Below are positions 46,156-57,797 of a DNA stretch of 64,000 bases, piece after piece. Each line of letters opens with the position of its first letter. Position 1 is the stretch's first letter. A model generated the notes under the pieces. That model searched no databases. It saw only the letters and a program-made list of their open reading frames with translations, and was not told the origin of the DNA. The position numbers and the translations under genes were made by a program. The stretch is from Azolla caroliniana (Eukaryota > Plantae > Polypodiophyta): contig JBHGNT010000006.1 of assembly GCA_043228905.1 (NCBI GenBank), positions 20,956,001-21,020,000 of the forward strand, read 5' to 3'.

Positions 46156-49142
46156 TAATGTGTATGAGGTTGGTTCGCACAAGAACCAACAACGTGGTAG
46201 GAGCCAAATGAGAAACAATAGCGGAATCTATATATGTAGAACCTGCAAGTCTAGGAGGACAAACATGGAGTGTCGTTATTTTTATAAGAAGGGACACCTC
46301 AAGAAAGATTGGTATGTCTTGGAAAATAAGAAAAAGGATAATGCTAAATCCAAAGGTGATGGGCATGGAAGACAATCTAGTGGTCTCACTTCCTCGTTGG
46401 AAATACAGGAAATCAATGTAACATGTGATGAGACTAACATTTGGTCCTAGATAATGTTACCACACATATTGGGTTGAATATGGTTTTTCCTCCATCCCAT
46501 ACGTGGTTGTTGGACTCCGGTGCATCTTTTCATGTGACTCCACATAAAGAGTGGTTCACATGTTATGAAGCCAAGTCACTCGGCAAAGTTAGACTTGGAG
46601 ACTCGCATCAATGTGATGTGATTGGTATTGGAGATATCTCAATGCATTTTAGTGATTGTTCTCATCTTATCATGAAAGATGTACGCCATGTTCCCCAACT
46701 AACTCGTAGTTCAATGTCCGTTGGTCAGCTTGATGACAACAGTTATGAGGTGATATTTTCTTCTGAATCCTTTCATATAACTAAAGGAAATATGATTATT
46801 GCAAAAGGGAACATTTGTTGGTTGTCACAAACTAGCCAATGATGGGCATTTGTCATGGCCGTTTAGGCCACGTGTCCTGAAATGGCATGGAAATTCTCTA
46901 TCTCTATGGCCATTTACCTAAGTTGTAATTTTCTAATTGTACATTGTGTGAATATTTCCAACATGGTAAGCAAACCAGAAATGCACATAAGACCCATTTT
47001 AACTCATCCACTAGACCATTGGATCTTGTTCACACGGATGTTTATGGACCTATACCCACAAGATCTTTGGGTGGTGCATTGTATTTTGTCACTTTCATTG
47101 ATGATGCCACCAGGAAAGTTTGGGTTTTTTCAATTACGGGAAAGGATGATGTATACCCTACTTCCAAAAAATGGATTGTTTCAATTGAGTTGGAAAAGGG
47201 CATCAAGATTAAGGCATTACGTTTGGACAATCAAGGTGAGTATACCTCTCACGAATTTGGTGACTTTTGTAAGTCTAGAGGTATTCATAGAGAGTTTACA
47301 GTACCTTACACCCCTATCCAAAATGATGTGGTTGAGAGGATTAATAGAACCATCTAGGACAAAGTTGTCTCTATGATCCACCACGCAAATCTCTTGCAAG
47401 GTTTTTGGGTAGAAGTTGTTTAAATTGCAAGGTTATGGATGTAATCCTATTGAGATTGGGTTTCACATGAATATGGTGAACTTACAATTGAAATGCTCAT
47501 GTGATAGTAGTACTAGTGTTTGTCGGTTTCTGAAATTTGTTTTTGTCTTCAAGCTTTTACTCTTCACATGATAATTTTGAAGGATTGGTTGTGACTCACC
47601 CTTGTCTTCATGTATTGATATTGCAGGTACAAGGACTTGGGAAGACATTCATAGATTTAAGCATGCAAGGGTGTTATTTACATGGAGCTTCGAGTGCATG
47701 CTAGACGTGATCACCCGTTTGCTCGACCCTATGAAATTGATCTGATATGTCAAAGAAGTTGGAGCCACATGGAGAGAAGAAGAGATATGGGTGATGTTCT
47801 TAGTATGATTCACCCAACCCAACCCCCCATCCCTCTTGATGGATTGCGATGCAAGCACACAAAATTATAAACGCATATTCCATGCCAACACAGATAAACA
47901 AACAAACAATCATAACTAATTACATACAAACACATTTTAAAAAATACAAAATACACGAGTTGCTTTGCGATGCAAAATTTTAATAAAAAGGTACAAATTA
48001 ATCACTTTATGATGCCTATACGTGGATCGCTAATGACATAGCATAGGTATGGTACATTTGCAATGAAATTAGTGACACATTTTGGCATCGCTAATAGCCT
48101 ATTTTGTCGTAGGCTATAATTGATAGTTTACTAGTTTGAAATCATTAGGTTCAACATAATTAGATGATGTCATGTAATCTATTTCAAGGGGATACTTGGT
48201 ATATTGGTATGTCAACAATATCCTAAATTACAAAGGACAGTGAATATTGGAAGCATCAATGGGTGAGTTGACAATATCCTAAATAACAAAGGATATTGAA
48301 TATTAGAAGCGTCAATGGGTGAGTTGTATTTCGAAGTTTCCATTATGAAGGAGCATTGGCATGGCAAATAATCCAACCATATACAAACTTAATATATAAA
48401 AATATAGAGAGAGATATTTACATACATACACAATGTGTAAACATAAACACTTCTTTTGTTTATCTACAAACACAAACCAAATATATTTACATATATACAC
48501 AATGTGCAAACATGAACACTTCTTCTTTTTATGTATAGACACAAGCACATTTTACAAACAAATATCACAAGGTTTATACCCCTAAGATTGTAGCCTCAAA
48601 TCCTTCTTAGTTTCGTTTTTCAAAGATAGTGCCAATACAAGGTTGCTTTCAGTAAAGCCTTATAAGATTAATGAAGACAAACAATGATCTTCAAAACATT
48701 CACACAAGCCATATTATGTTGCATCAAGTAGGGAATGTGAGAACACATAAGAGTCCATTGACAATCTAATGGTTTAAGTTGCGTTTTTCCTTGTTTGTTT
48801 TATTATAATAACCTTTGCAATGTTGCTTTTTACGAGTTTTATTGCAATAACCTTTTTTATTGTTGAAGTGTCACTTCTAATCTATACACATTTTTTGTCA
48901 ACTTGTGTGTAGGCTTTGCATGGGATCAACATTCATATATATATATATATATGGGTTATGATATTACTAGATTTCTACGGTTCTAGAAAATGCATCATAA
49001 TATCAATCATGTTTTCTTACCAACTTTAAAATTTGTTGTTCCCACCTTACCTTAGTAGCAAACACCATAATACTGAATTCTAGTATTGACAATCTAGTAT
49101 GACCAAGATTTTGTCCCATACCATGTTTGCAAACATATATTT

Positions 49143-52100
49143 CTAGCTTGATGAACTTGTCGCATTGGGAAGCTTCTTTATGTTCATAACTTTAATAACC
49201 GAACTTGCTCCAACGCGATGAAGAGCCACAATGGCATCTCCACGTTTGCAAAGGCCTTGTTCGAGAATTTGAGAGATAGTAGAGTTAACGATTTCATCAG
49301 ATGCATCATTATCCTTGCCTTGAGTGGATGCATCTGCCAAGAGTGGGATTAGGCCGCGACAAATAAGGGCATGGTGATAAGGGCACTCCTCACCAAAGGA
49401 CCATGTTAGGTGGTTGGTCTTGATTATTGGCACGACTACCGAAACTATAGGTACAGGGGGCCGATATTTGGCAACCAACTTAGCAGTGTCCCCTAATAAT
49501 GGTGAGGAAAACCAACTATCAGCTTATGTTATGAGATTGTTTATACATAAGATTGTGCACATAAATCCCATTACGAAGATTGGATCGATCGGTGCGCACG
49601 AGGCTAGGGTTTCTTCTTTTATCAATGTCCATGGGTGGACGACATGCTTTAATAACAACGGAATCCGAGTGTGTATACTACTATCGTTACCTGTGTGAGT
49701 TAGTACCATGATCAAGGATGCCCCCACTGTCCATGCTGCCCTTACGGCCGAGGAAGCTAAGCTTTCGAGCGGGGTAAGGGCCCGTGTTCTTATGGACCTC
49801 ATTCGGTGCTTGAAGATTCTATTATGGTCGAGTGAAGATTCCGCCTCAACGCATAAATGTGCCATCACCTTGACGGCCTCTTCGGGGAACGCACCTGCCG
49901 CAGTCTCTCCGCTCAACATAACCGCGTCGGTCCCATCTAATACTGCATTCGCCACATCCGTCGCTTCTGCCCTGCATTTTAAGCCTCACATTACAAATTC
50001 TGTGTTTTTGCCTTTCCCATCCTAAATTTGGTGTTAGCTTTAGTGATGCAAACATATGGGAAGGATATATTTATATGTATGTACGTATGTATATGTATAT
50101 GTAATCATGGTATCCAACTGTTGAATGCAACAAGCCAGACATTCTTTATCCATGAAAAAACCACATATATGGGTCACTCTAGTGGGGGCCTCCTACACGA
50201 ACACGCTTGGTGTCTCGACTGTTTTTACATATAGTGATGCCCCCCCAAGATCATGAGTACATATAGCCATGAGAGAAGGATGACCTTGACGGCCTTCGCG
50301 ACTTGATCATTGACTCTAGCATTTGGGTCGCCGTGATGACGGGCTTTCCAGCATCATTACACTTGTAGATCATCATCTTCTGTGCAAGGAAGATCTTCTC
50401 GATGGGAATCTCCATTCCGAGATCACCACGAGCAACCATGACACAATCTGTTTCGTGTAAGATTTCCTCAAAGTTGACAAGACCCTCTTGGTTCTCAATC
50501 TAGCATGTGACATAGTCAATTCAGTAATTACACGAGCGCTCATTGTGTATAATGAATGAGAAAGGAGGCTCCGACACAACTTCGAACTTTCTCTCAATAA
50601 CTTTTATCGTGTGGGTACGAAAACGCAGGAGATGTTTGATGCTCTTAGCTGGGAATGTGAGTAGGTTTGAAACCCAGAAGAACTTTGAGAATAAGAGAGA
50701 GAGAGAGAGATGGGACCTTAGAGATTATGTGGATGGTCCTGGCATGCTTGCCAAGCACATTTCGGAAATTGATGACATCTTGGGCCTTACGGATGAATGA
50801 GGCGGCAATGAAGTCGATCTTGTTCGGGATGCCCCACAAGAGGATATCATCCCGATCCTTATCAGTAAGAGTGGGTAGGTCCACAATGACACCGGGCAAG
50901 TTCACATTCTTCTTCTCGCCGAGCATTGCCGTGTTCTCGCAACGGCATCGGACAGTGCCACCGGCAACGTCACACGACAGGACAGTTAGTGTGATGCTTC
51001 CATCCGAGCAAAGAATCGTAGAGCCAGGTGTTACCGCCGATGCGAGGGTCTTATAGGTTATGGCGATGCGCGTTGCATCGCCCACCACACTATAATCATT
51101 GGTGATTGTGATCTCTTGCCCTTCTTTCAGTTGCACAGACTTTCCATCCTTGAGCATGCCGGTTCGAATCTCAGGTCCCTGTATATGTACATATATATAT
51201 ATAGATATATATATATACATATACATATACAACAGAATTAGATTACATGAATAGAACAATGTGATAATATACACTATCTCTGATTCGTTAAGGTACAAAT
51301 GTTGCTTATTTGTGAATGCATTTGATATGCATGTAAATATACAACAGAATTAGATTACATGAATAGCATAATGTGATAATGTACACTATCTCTGATTTGT
51401 TAAGGTACTAAGGTCTCTTATTTGTGAATGAAATTGACATGCATCATGAAAAGTAACTATAACAGGGGCCTCATTTGGTTTCTCTTTAGATAAGACCAAA
51501 ATGTGATAATATGTATACACTATCTCTGATTTGGTAAGGTAGTAATGTCTCTTTCTTGTTTGTGAATGTAATTGAATGTGATAATATGTATACACTATCT
51601 CTGATCTGGTAAGGAAGTAATGTCTCTTTCTTGTTTGTGAATGTAATTGATATGCATCATGAACCCTAAAATAGGGCCCCCCACCCACCCCATTTGGCTC
51701 CTATTTAGACAATCCAAAACCCATGTGATGGGATGTGAGAGATATAACAGCATCTGACCTAGTTTTGTATGAAAGAAAGAATCATTCAGAAAATTTGCAT
51801 GTGACCTAGTTTTGCAAGAAAGAAAGCATCATGCAGAATTTTGAAATTTTGAAATTTGCATGTGACCTAGAGTTTTGTATGGAAGAAAAGCATCATGCAG
51901 ACATTGCATCTGGGCCCTAGTTTTGTATGGAAGAAACGCAGGATGCAAAGATTGTGTGTGGATCAGGCGGAACCTACCTTAGTGTCGAGCATGACGGCGC
52001 ACATCAATTCGGTGTTCTGCATGGCTGTGTGGAGGTTGTCTAGGGTTTGCTGGTGGTATTCATAGGAGCCGTGGGAGAAGTTGAAGCGGGCAACGTTCAT

Positions 52101-52256
52101 CCCGGCGCGGAGGAGGCGTTCTAGCATGGGCACGTCACGAGATCGAGGCCCGAGAGTGCACACTATCTTGGTCTTCCGGCGCCGCAGGCCCATCTCCTCC
52201 TTCTCTGCTTCTTCCGCTCTCACGACCTTATTACAGCGCCTCACGAGCTCCTCCAT
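49143..52256 (-). CDS. PK: Cytosolic pyruvate kinase, 5 exons (52256-51978, 51178-50717, 50499-50285, 49971-49691, 49492-49143), 528 aa
   Basis: [26 protein letters not shown]|GPEIRTG, IISK|[51 protein letters not shown] and KYRP motifs. All introns GT-AG. Exon phases sum to an open 1587-nt CDS. No transit peptide. Confidence 0.95.
51225..51660. repeat. Degenerate tandem repeats in PK intron 1
   Basis: Four copies of AATGTGATAAT(ATG)TACACTATCTCTGAT...TAAGG...TTTGTGAATG. Confidence 0.7.
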
Positions 52257-52288
52257 GGCTGGCCCTAGCCCCCCACAGGAATGAATCT

Positions 52289-52460
52289 TCGCCTCTCCTC
52301 CTCCTCCTCCTCCTCCTCAGCCCTAATGATCTCTCTGTTTCTCCTCCTCCTCCTCAACCCTAATGATCTCTCTGTTTCTCCTGCTCCTCCTCCTCCTCCT
52401 CAGCCCTAATGATCTCTCTGTTTCTCTCTGTTTCTCTCTGTCTCTCTGTCTCTGTCTCGT
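52289..52460. repeat. Three tandem copies of (CTC)n-AGCCCTAATGATCTCTCTGTTT in the PK 5' UTR/promoter
   Basis: Visible directly upstream of the PK ATG. Confidence 0.8.
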
Positions 52461-52489
52461 TGAACCCCCCCCTCTGGGGGGTGCCACCC

Positions 52490-53160
52490 CTTTATTATTT
52501 ACTTATTTATTTATTTAATATAATTATTTATTTTTAACGATTATTTATTTTATCTACCTTCATTATTTGCTAGAATAAAAATATTTTTATTACTTTTATC
52601 CTTTTTATTTTTAATTGTTTTTATCCTTTTTATTTTTTATTATTTTTACTTTTTATTTTTATTACTTTTATCCTTTTTCTTTTTATTATTTTTATCCCTT
52701 TTTTGTATTTTTTATTTTTATTATTTTTATCCTTTTTATTTATATTATTTTTATCCTTTTCGTTTTTATTATTTTTATCCTTTTTATTTTTATTATTTTT
52801 ATCCTTTTTATTTATATTATTTTTATACTTTTTATTTATATTATTTTTATCCTTTTCGTTTTTATTATTTTTATCCTTTTTGTTTTTATTCTTTTTCTTT
52901 TTATTATTTTTATTATTTTTATTATTTTTATTATTTTTATTATTTTTATTATTTTTATTTGTATTTGTCTTATTTTTAATCTTTTCCTTATTCCACATCT
53001 TTTTATTCTATTTGCAATCTTTTTATATTTATTTCATCTATATAAAAAAACTTATCTATTTCATCTATCTATTTTATTTTTAAATATGCTCAATTTTATT
53101 TTTTATTTACTAATTTATTTAATATTTTATTTGATTATGTTATTGAATCAATTTAATTTT
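52490..53160. repeat. Extremely AT-rich low-complexity minisatellite (TTTTTATCC/TTTTTATTA units)
   Basis: Repeated ~24-bp and 9-bp units. Confidence 0.85.
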
Positions 53161-54419
53161 GGTGGCATCGTAAAGTCCATTGCATCTACATTTCCATAAT
53201 ACCCATAATGTTATCGTAGTCACGGTTTTCCAAATCTAAACAGATCGCACCTGCTTTCGAGGTTGCTGAAACGGACTAACTAATATCAATCTTCTGTTAT
53301 GTACCGTCTTGGCCTCTTGTATATCATCTGCCTCATACAACATCAAGCTGGAGTGTAAAATTCCCCACACCGCTACTCCCCATGAGAACAAGCAACCAAC
53401 ATTGACTGTTACGATGCTGCAAAGCTTGGTCTTCCAAAGGTATTGCTTGAGATATGGGAAACATTGTTGATAGTAGTTTGTGGGTAATATGATAACATGT
53501 GCGGTTCTCCAGAACATACTCATAAAAGAAGGATGAATATTCCTCACTTATGGAGGAAGGTGCCTCTCTTTGTGGTGACAAATCAAAGACCTCAATGGAA
53601 TTATCATCTTCCATGGACCCTTTCTTGATACAAAACCAACATGCTAATGTACCGTTTAAGGTTCAAAAGCCCTGTATAAGTTGTTTTTCTATGTACAAGT
53701 TTAGGTGTACATACATTACGTTGTAAGCCTACGGGCAAATAACTTTTACTTGTATTTTTTCGATATTTTTAATACTATTGAAGAAAATCTTTCAAGGAAA
53801 AAATTAATTAATTAATTAATTAATTTTGGTGGTTTGTTTTTCAAAAATCTAATTTTTGGTGTTTATTCCACAAACATGATAGGAGTGAGTTCACACCAAG
53901 AGTTCGAAAGGTTCTCTAACCATCGGGGCAATGTTACGGGGTGATTCTTAGAGAAAGAAATAAAACAAAGAAGCAACGGTGATATCGATGTCAAGTCACG
54001 TTCCATTCTAAAGAAGACCTTGTCATCATATGTAAAACCTTGGCTTATCATTGGCTATGACCTATCTTCCTAAATCATGTGAATGTGGTCGTCCATGCAT
54101 GTCCTCCAACAAAAATTATCATTATCGAACACATGTTGGCATGTTAGGATATTACTACTATTTATCATGCATCTTTCTATATCATTATATGGTGTAGCAT
54201 ACATGTCCATATTCAATTGTTTGATGAAGGAAACATTGCCATACAATATTTCCACATGACTCAGCTCACTGGTGAAGAAAATGCCCCTAAGGGTTTAGGG
54301 TTTTCTAGGTTTAGGGTTTACCTAATTCGGTGAATTTACGAGAATTAGGTAAAGCCTAAACCATAAACAATAAACCCAGAAAGGTAGGATCAATTTGAAG
54401 TGTATGATCAATTGTTTGC

Positions 54420-55720
54420 TTGATCAAGTGTGTTGAGTTGGGCATCTAGAGAGGTGGTCAAAACAACAAATGTTACATGCCTAAGTTCAATAAAGACAAC
54501 ATCAAAACTTTGAACAATTTGTCTTGTCTTAGGATCCCACAATCTTAGCCAATGTTCCTAAGCAAGGTGCTCTTATGTGAGTGAGACTGCAACTTTCTCT
54601 CTCATCCTTGGACACAAGGGCAAATGCTTCAAATTGGAAGATTCATAACTTTTCATAGTTAGGACATCTCTCTACTTAGAGCTATTCTAGGGTGTTGAAG
54701 TTGAGAGGTCTACTCTGTGACATGTTGATTATGTGTATTGCCATGAATAGAGTCTCAACCTAGAAGTGCCATCAAATAGACCAGAGTGCTCATCATGGCA
54801 ACAATTCTCTCCTAAATTGTTTGGTTCATGCATTTGTGCGATGTCATTTGGCTTCGGGTTATAAGGTGTAGTGAATTCACGTCAGAAACCTCTTTGTTTG
54901 CAAAACAATATGAATTCATTGGATTTATACTCTCCCTCATTACTAGATCATTGATGTTTCAACTTTCAATCCTTTTTATTCTTGACCATTGCAAGCAAAT
55001 CTTGGAAGACAACAAAGAATTTGTCTTTGGTCCTCATCGGATAGACCGATACCTTCATGGTAGAATCATTAATGAATGTGACAATGTATGAGGCCCTACC
55101 AAGAGACTGATGCGACATAGACCCACAAACATCCGAATGGACCAAATAGAGAGGTTTTGATTCTCTAGGTGTCTAGCCCAGTGGGGTGAGACTACGTGTT
55201 CACCATACTAACAATTACTACAAAGTTTATCGTAAGAGTAGGAGGGCATGGGAATGTAATTGCATGATGCATGTCTTGCTCAAGAATGAGGACATTGGAA
55301 GATCGGCCAAGAATAGTCCACTCTCCCATCAAGTGATATATAGAGGATACAAGTTATGTATACATTGTGTCCTCATGCCAGTAGGACCTTATGAGAAGCT
55401 TGTTTGAAAACTAACTTTGTCAAGTTGCCTTATTGAGTAATAAGGCTCTCTAGAGTGAGGATGTTCACATTGACTTTGGAATCATCCTAGTTCACATCGA
55501 CAAATTTCACAATTGACATGGTTGCTTCATAATGAATGCCTTTCGTGATGACGGTCTCATGGTGGCCTTGTAATCAGGTTCTGAGTGTTGGATATTTGAT
55601 GCGGGTTTCGTAAGGGTGTGAAGTGGGTCAAGCCCATACCCCTTAAATGGATGAGGAATGGGTGTGCGACCATGTCTAAGGCATCTTGCATGCACGTTAT
55701 CATGGTCATTCATGTTTAAT
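54420..55720 (-). pseudogene. Highly decayed Copia protease/integrase fragment
   Basis: The minus strand at ~55150-55025 translates to PLYLVHSDVCGSMSHQSLGRASYIVTFINDSTMKVSVYPMRTKD. Boundaries are approximate. Confidence 0.65.
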
Positions 55721-57170
55721 TATACATATGGCACAATCGGCTACGCCTTCCCATGAAAATGTGAAGATGACCACCATGATCTAAAACTCTAGAAAGGACA
55801 CCACCTAACATACAATATCTATAACAGATTCCTCAAATGTATATTATATGTATATGACGTGTATAAGATCACATAAGTATATATGTGATCACATATGTAT
55901 ACATAAAAGAACCCAAAATGTAGACGTAACCCAATAACGATGTAATGGAGATATGCAATGTGGCCTTTGACCTCTGTGCGCACACAACCCCCATATTAGT
56001 GTACACAATACACAATTAAGGTATTGATGTCATAAGCATACTACACACATTGCATATCAAATATGTATAATATGATTTTCAAATAATGTAATGACGTATG
56101 TAATACACGATGGAGTTATAAACCTCATATGCATACATAACACGTATGCGATTTATACGCATAAAGTATGACCAAGACAACATAATTTTTAGGATTTATA
56201 CCTTAACATAACAATTTAAACATGTATAAACTTGGGAGAAGAAAGATTAGACTTATTATTATTATTATTAGCGAAAAGGAAATACCACATTTCTTTTGTG
56301 GACAACTTTCTAGATACACCCCTTGAACAATACATCATTTGATCAATCATTAGAAAGAAAAGAAAATCATCAAAAGAAACATTAGAAATTTGTTTTGATA
56401 ACAATTGTTAGAGATATATTCTAATATAAGCATGAAAATAATGAAATAGAAGAAAATAAAGAGACAAAAAGAGAGAAAGAACCTATTGATCCACCCAACC
56501 ACCCCCAAGGGAAGGGATTGAGATGAACTTGAGCCTTGAATGGCATCCCATACCATCACTATGGACTTTGAGTCATAATTGGCACTAACGTGCGTTGCCA
56601 CAAGAATTTGTTTACCACAAGTTTACACTCTCGACATACTCAAATGATTTCCTTAATGAGGTTTAAAGATAGGCATCGTATTTGTAGCCATACCCAAGGC
56701 CCCATGCAAGTTCACACTTGGCACTTAAGAGTGGTCTCAAATATCACTAGAATTAAAGGTAATCATCCTTCTTTACATTCTCAATTAACCCTCGCACTCT
56801 TATCTTCATGTATAGAAAATTACGATACAAACGACCACATGATAAGATATGGTTATGACCATAACAAGATCACCAACTTTTGTTGTGTTGTTGTGAATCA
56901 ATCAAAGTTTGCACATTGTAGGCATCACTAATTGAGTTATGTGCAAACGTCTTACGCTAAGCATCTTCAAATAATATGGCAAATTGGTGCTTGTAGCATA
57001 ACTCGAGTTGACCATGCTTGTGTGTTGCAAACATTGTCATGAATGTTTTCCATGATGTTGATCTTCACATCGATCTTCATTCCTTGAGCTAACGATTGGG
57101 AAAAGTTCTCCTTGTGAGAATTCAAGTGAGTAGGAACCAACTTAGATTCTTTCATTTGAAGGTTGCAAAG

Positions 57171-57787
57171 TGATGCAAAACAGTGCTCGGCCACAACCGA
57201 GGAATAGGATCAACTCACAGAAAACGGGAAATACAAAGTGCACGAGGACAATAGTGAGAAAGGTACACTGGATGTTTTACGTGGAAAACCCTAAATGGGA
57301 AAAACCACGGGAGTCCTCAAACTCCAACTATCACTATAAACAGAGATGTACACTGGTGAAGCTACAAGGCAACAACCTTGAGCTCACTGTCTTCGCCACA
57401 GGCGGCGGTAATACACAGAGGCAACGACCTCTTCGTCTCTCTCTCTCTCTCTCGGCTGCTCTCACTTCGCATAAAAATGAGCAACAACATTTAAACTGTT
57501 TGCCCTAAGTCATATTTATACACATATGACTTTCGGGCTATTTACAAATATAGCCTCAAGGGCTCTTGGCAAACATATTCACAAATATGTCCCCGCATCC
57601 GGATCTCTCTCCGGGTACATTCGTCATCCGGCTCCGTAACCGGGGTCTTCATCATCCGGCTCCGTAGCCAGGGTCTTCATCATCCGGCTCCGTAGTCGGG
57701 GTCTTCATCATCCGGTTCCGTAACCGCAACCGGGCTTGCCGTCATTCATCTCCGGACATCCCATCCAGAGGGACCGAATTCCCAACA
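57171..57787 (-). repeat. 3' LTR of young Copia copy 3
   Basis: Direct repeat of 61902-62518. Confidence 0.95.
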
Positions 57788-57797
57788 AACTCCCCCT

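Larger units (their letters stand above)
40140..47430 (+). pseudogene. Copia-C: truncated relic related to Copia-B (gag-PR-INT), host of young Copia copy 2
   Basis: DDWEELNPLAMSTIRLHLA before 40767. HTWLLDSGASFH and LVHTDVYGP...VTFIDDATRK after 46160. No RT; ends are approximate. Confidence 0.8.

Noticed and set aside
52615-53199. Hydrophobic F/I/L-rich and K/N-rich ORFs
   Set aside because: Translations of an AT-rich minisatellite.
53236-54255. Short ORFs upstream of PK that might be a gene or transposase fragment
   Set aside because: No recognisable motif or consistent splice structure.
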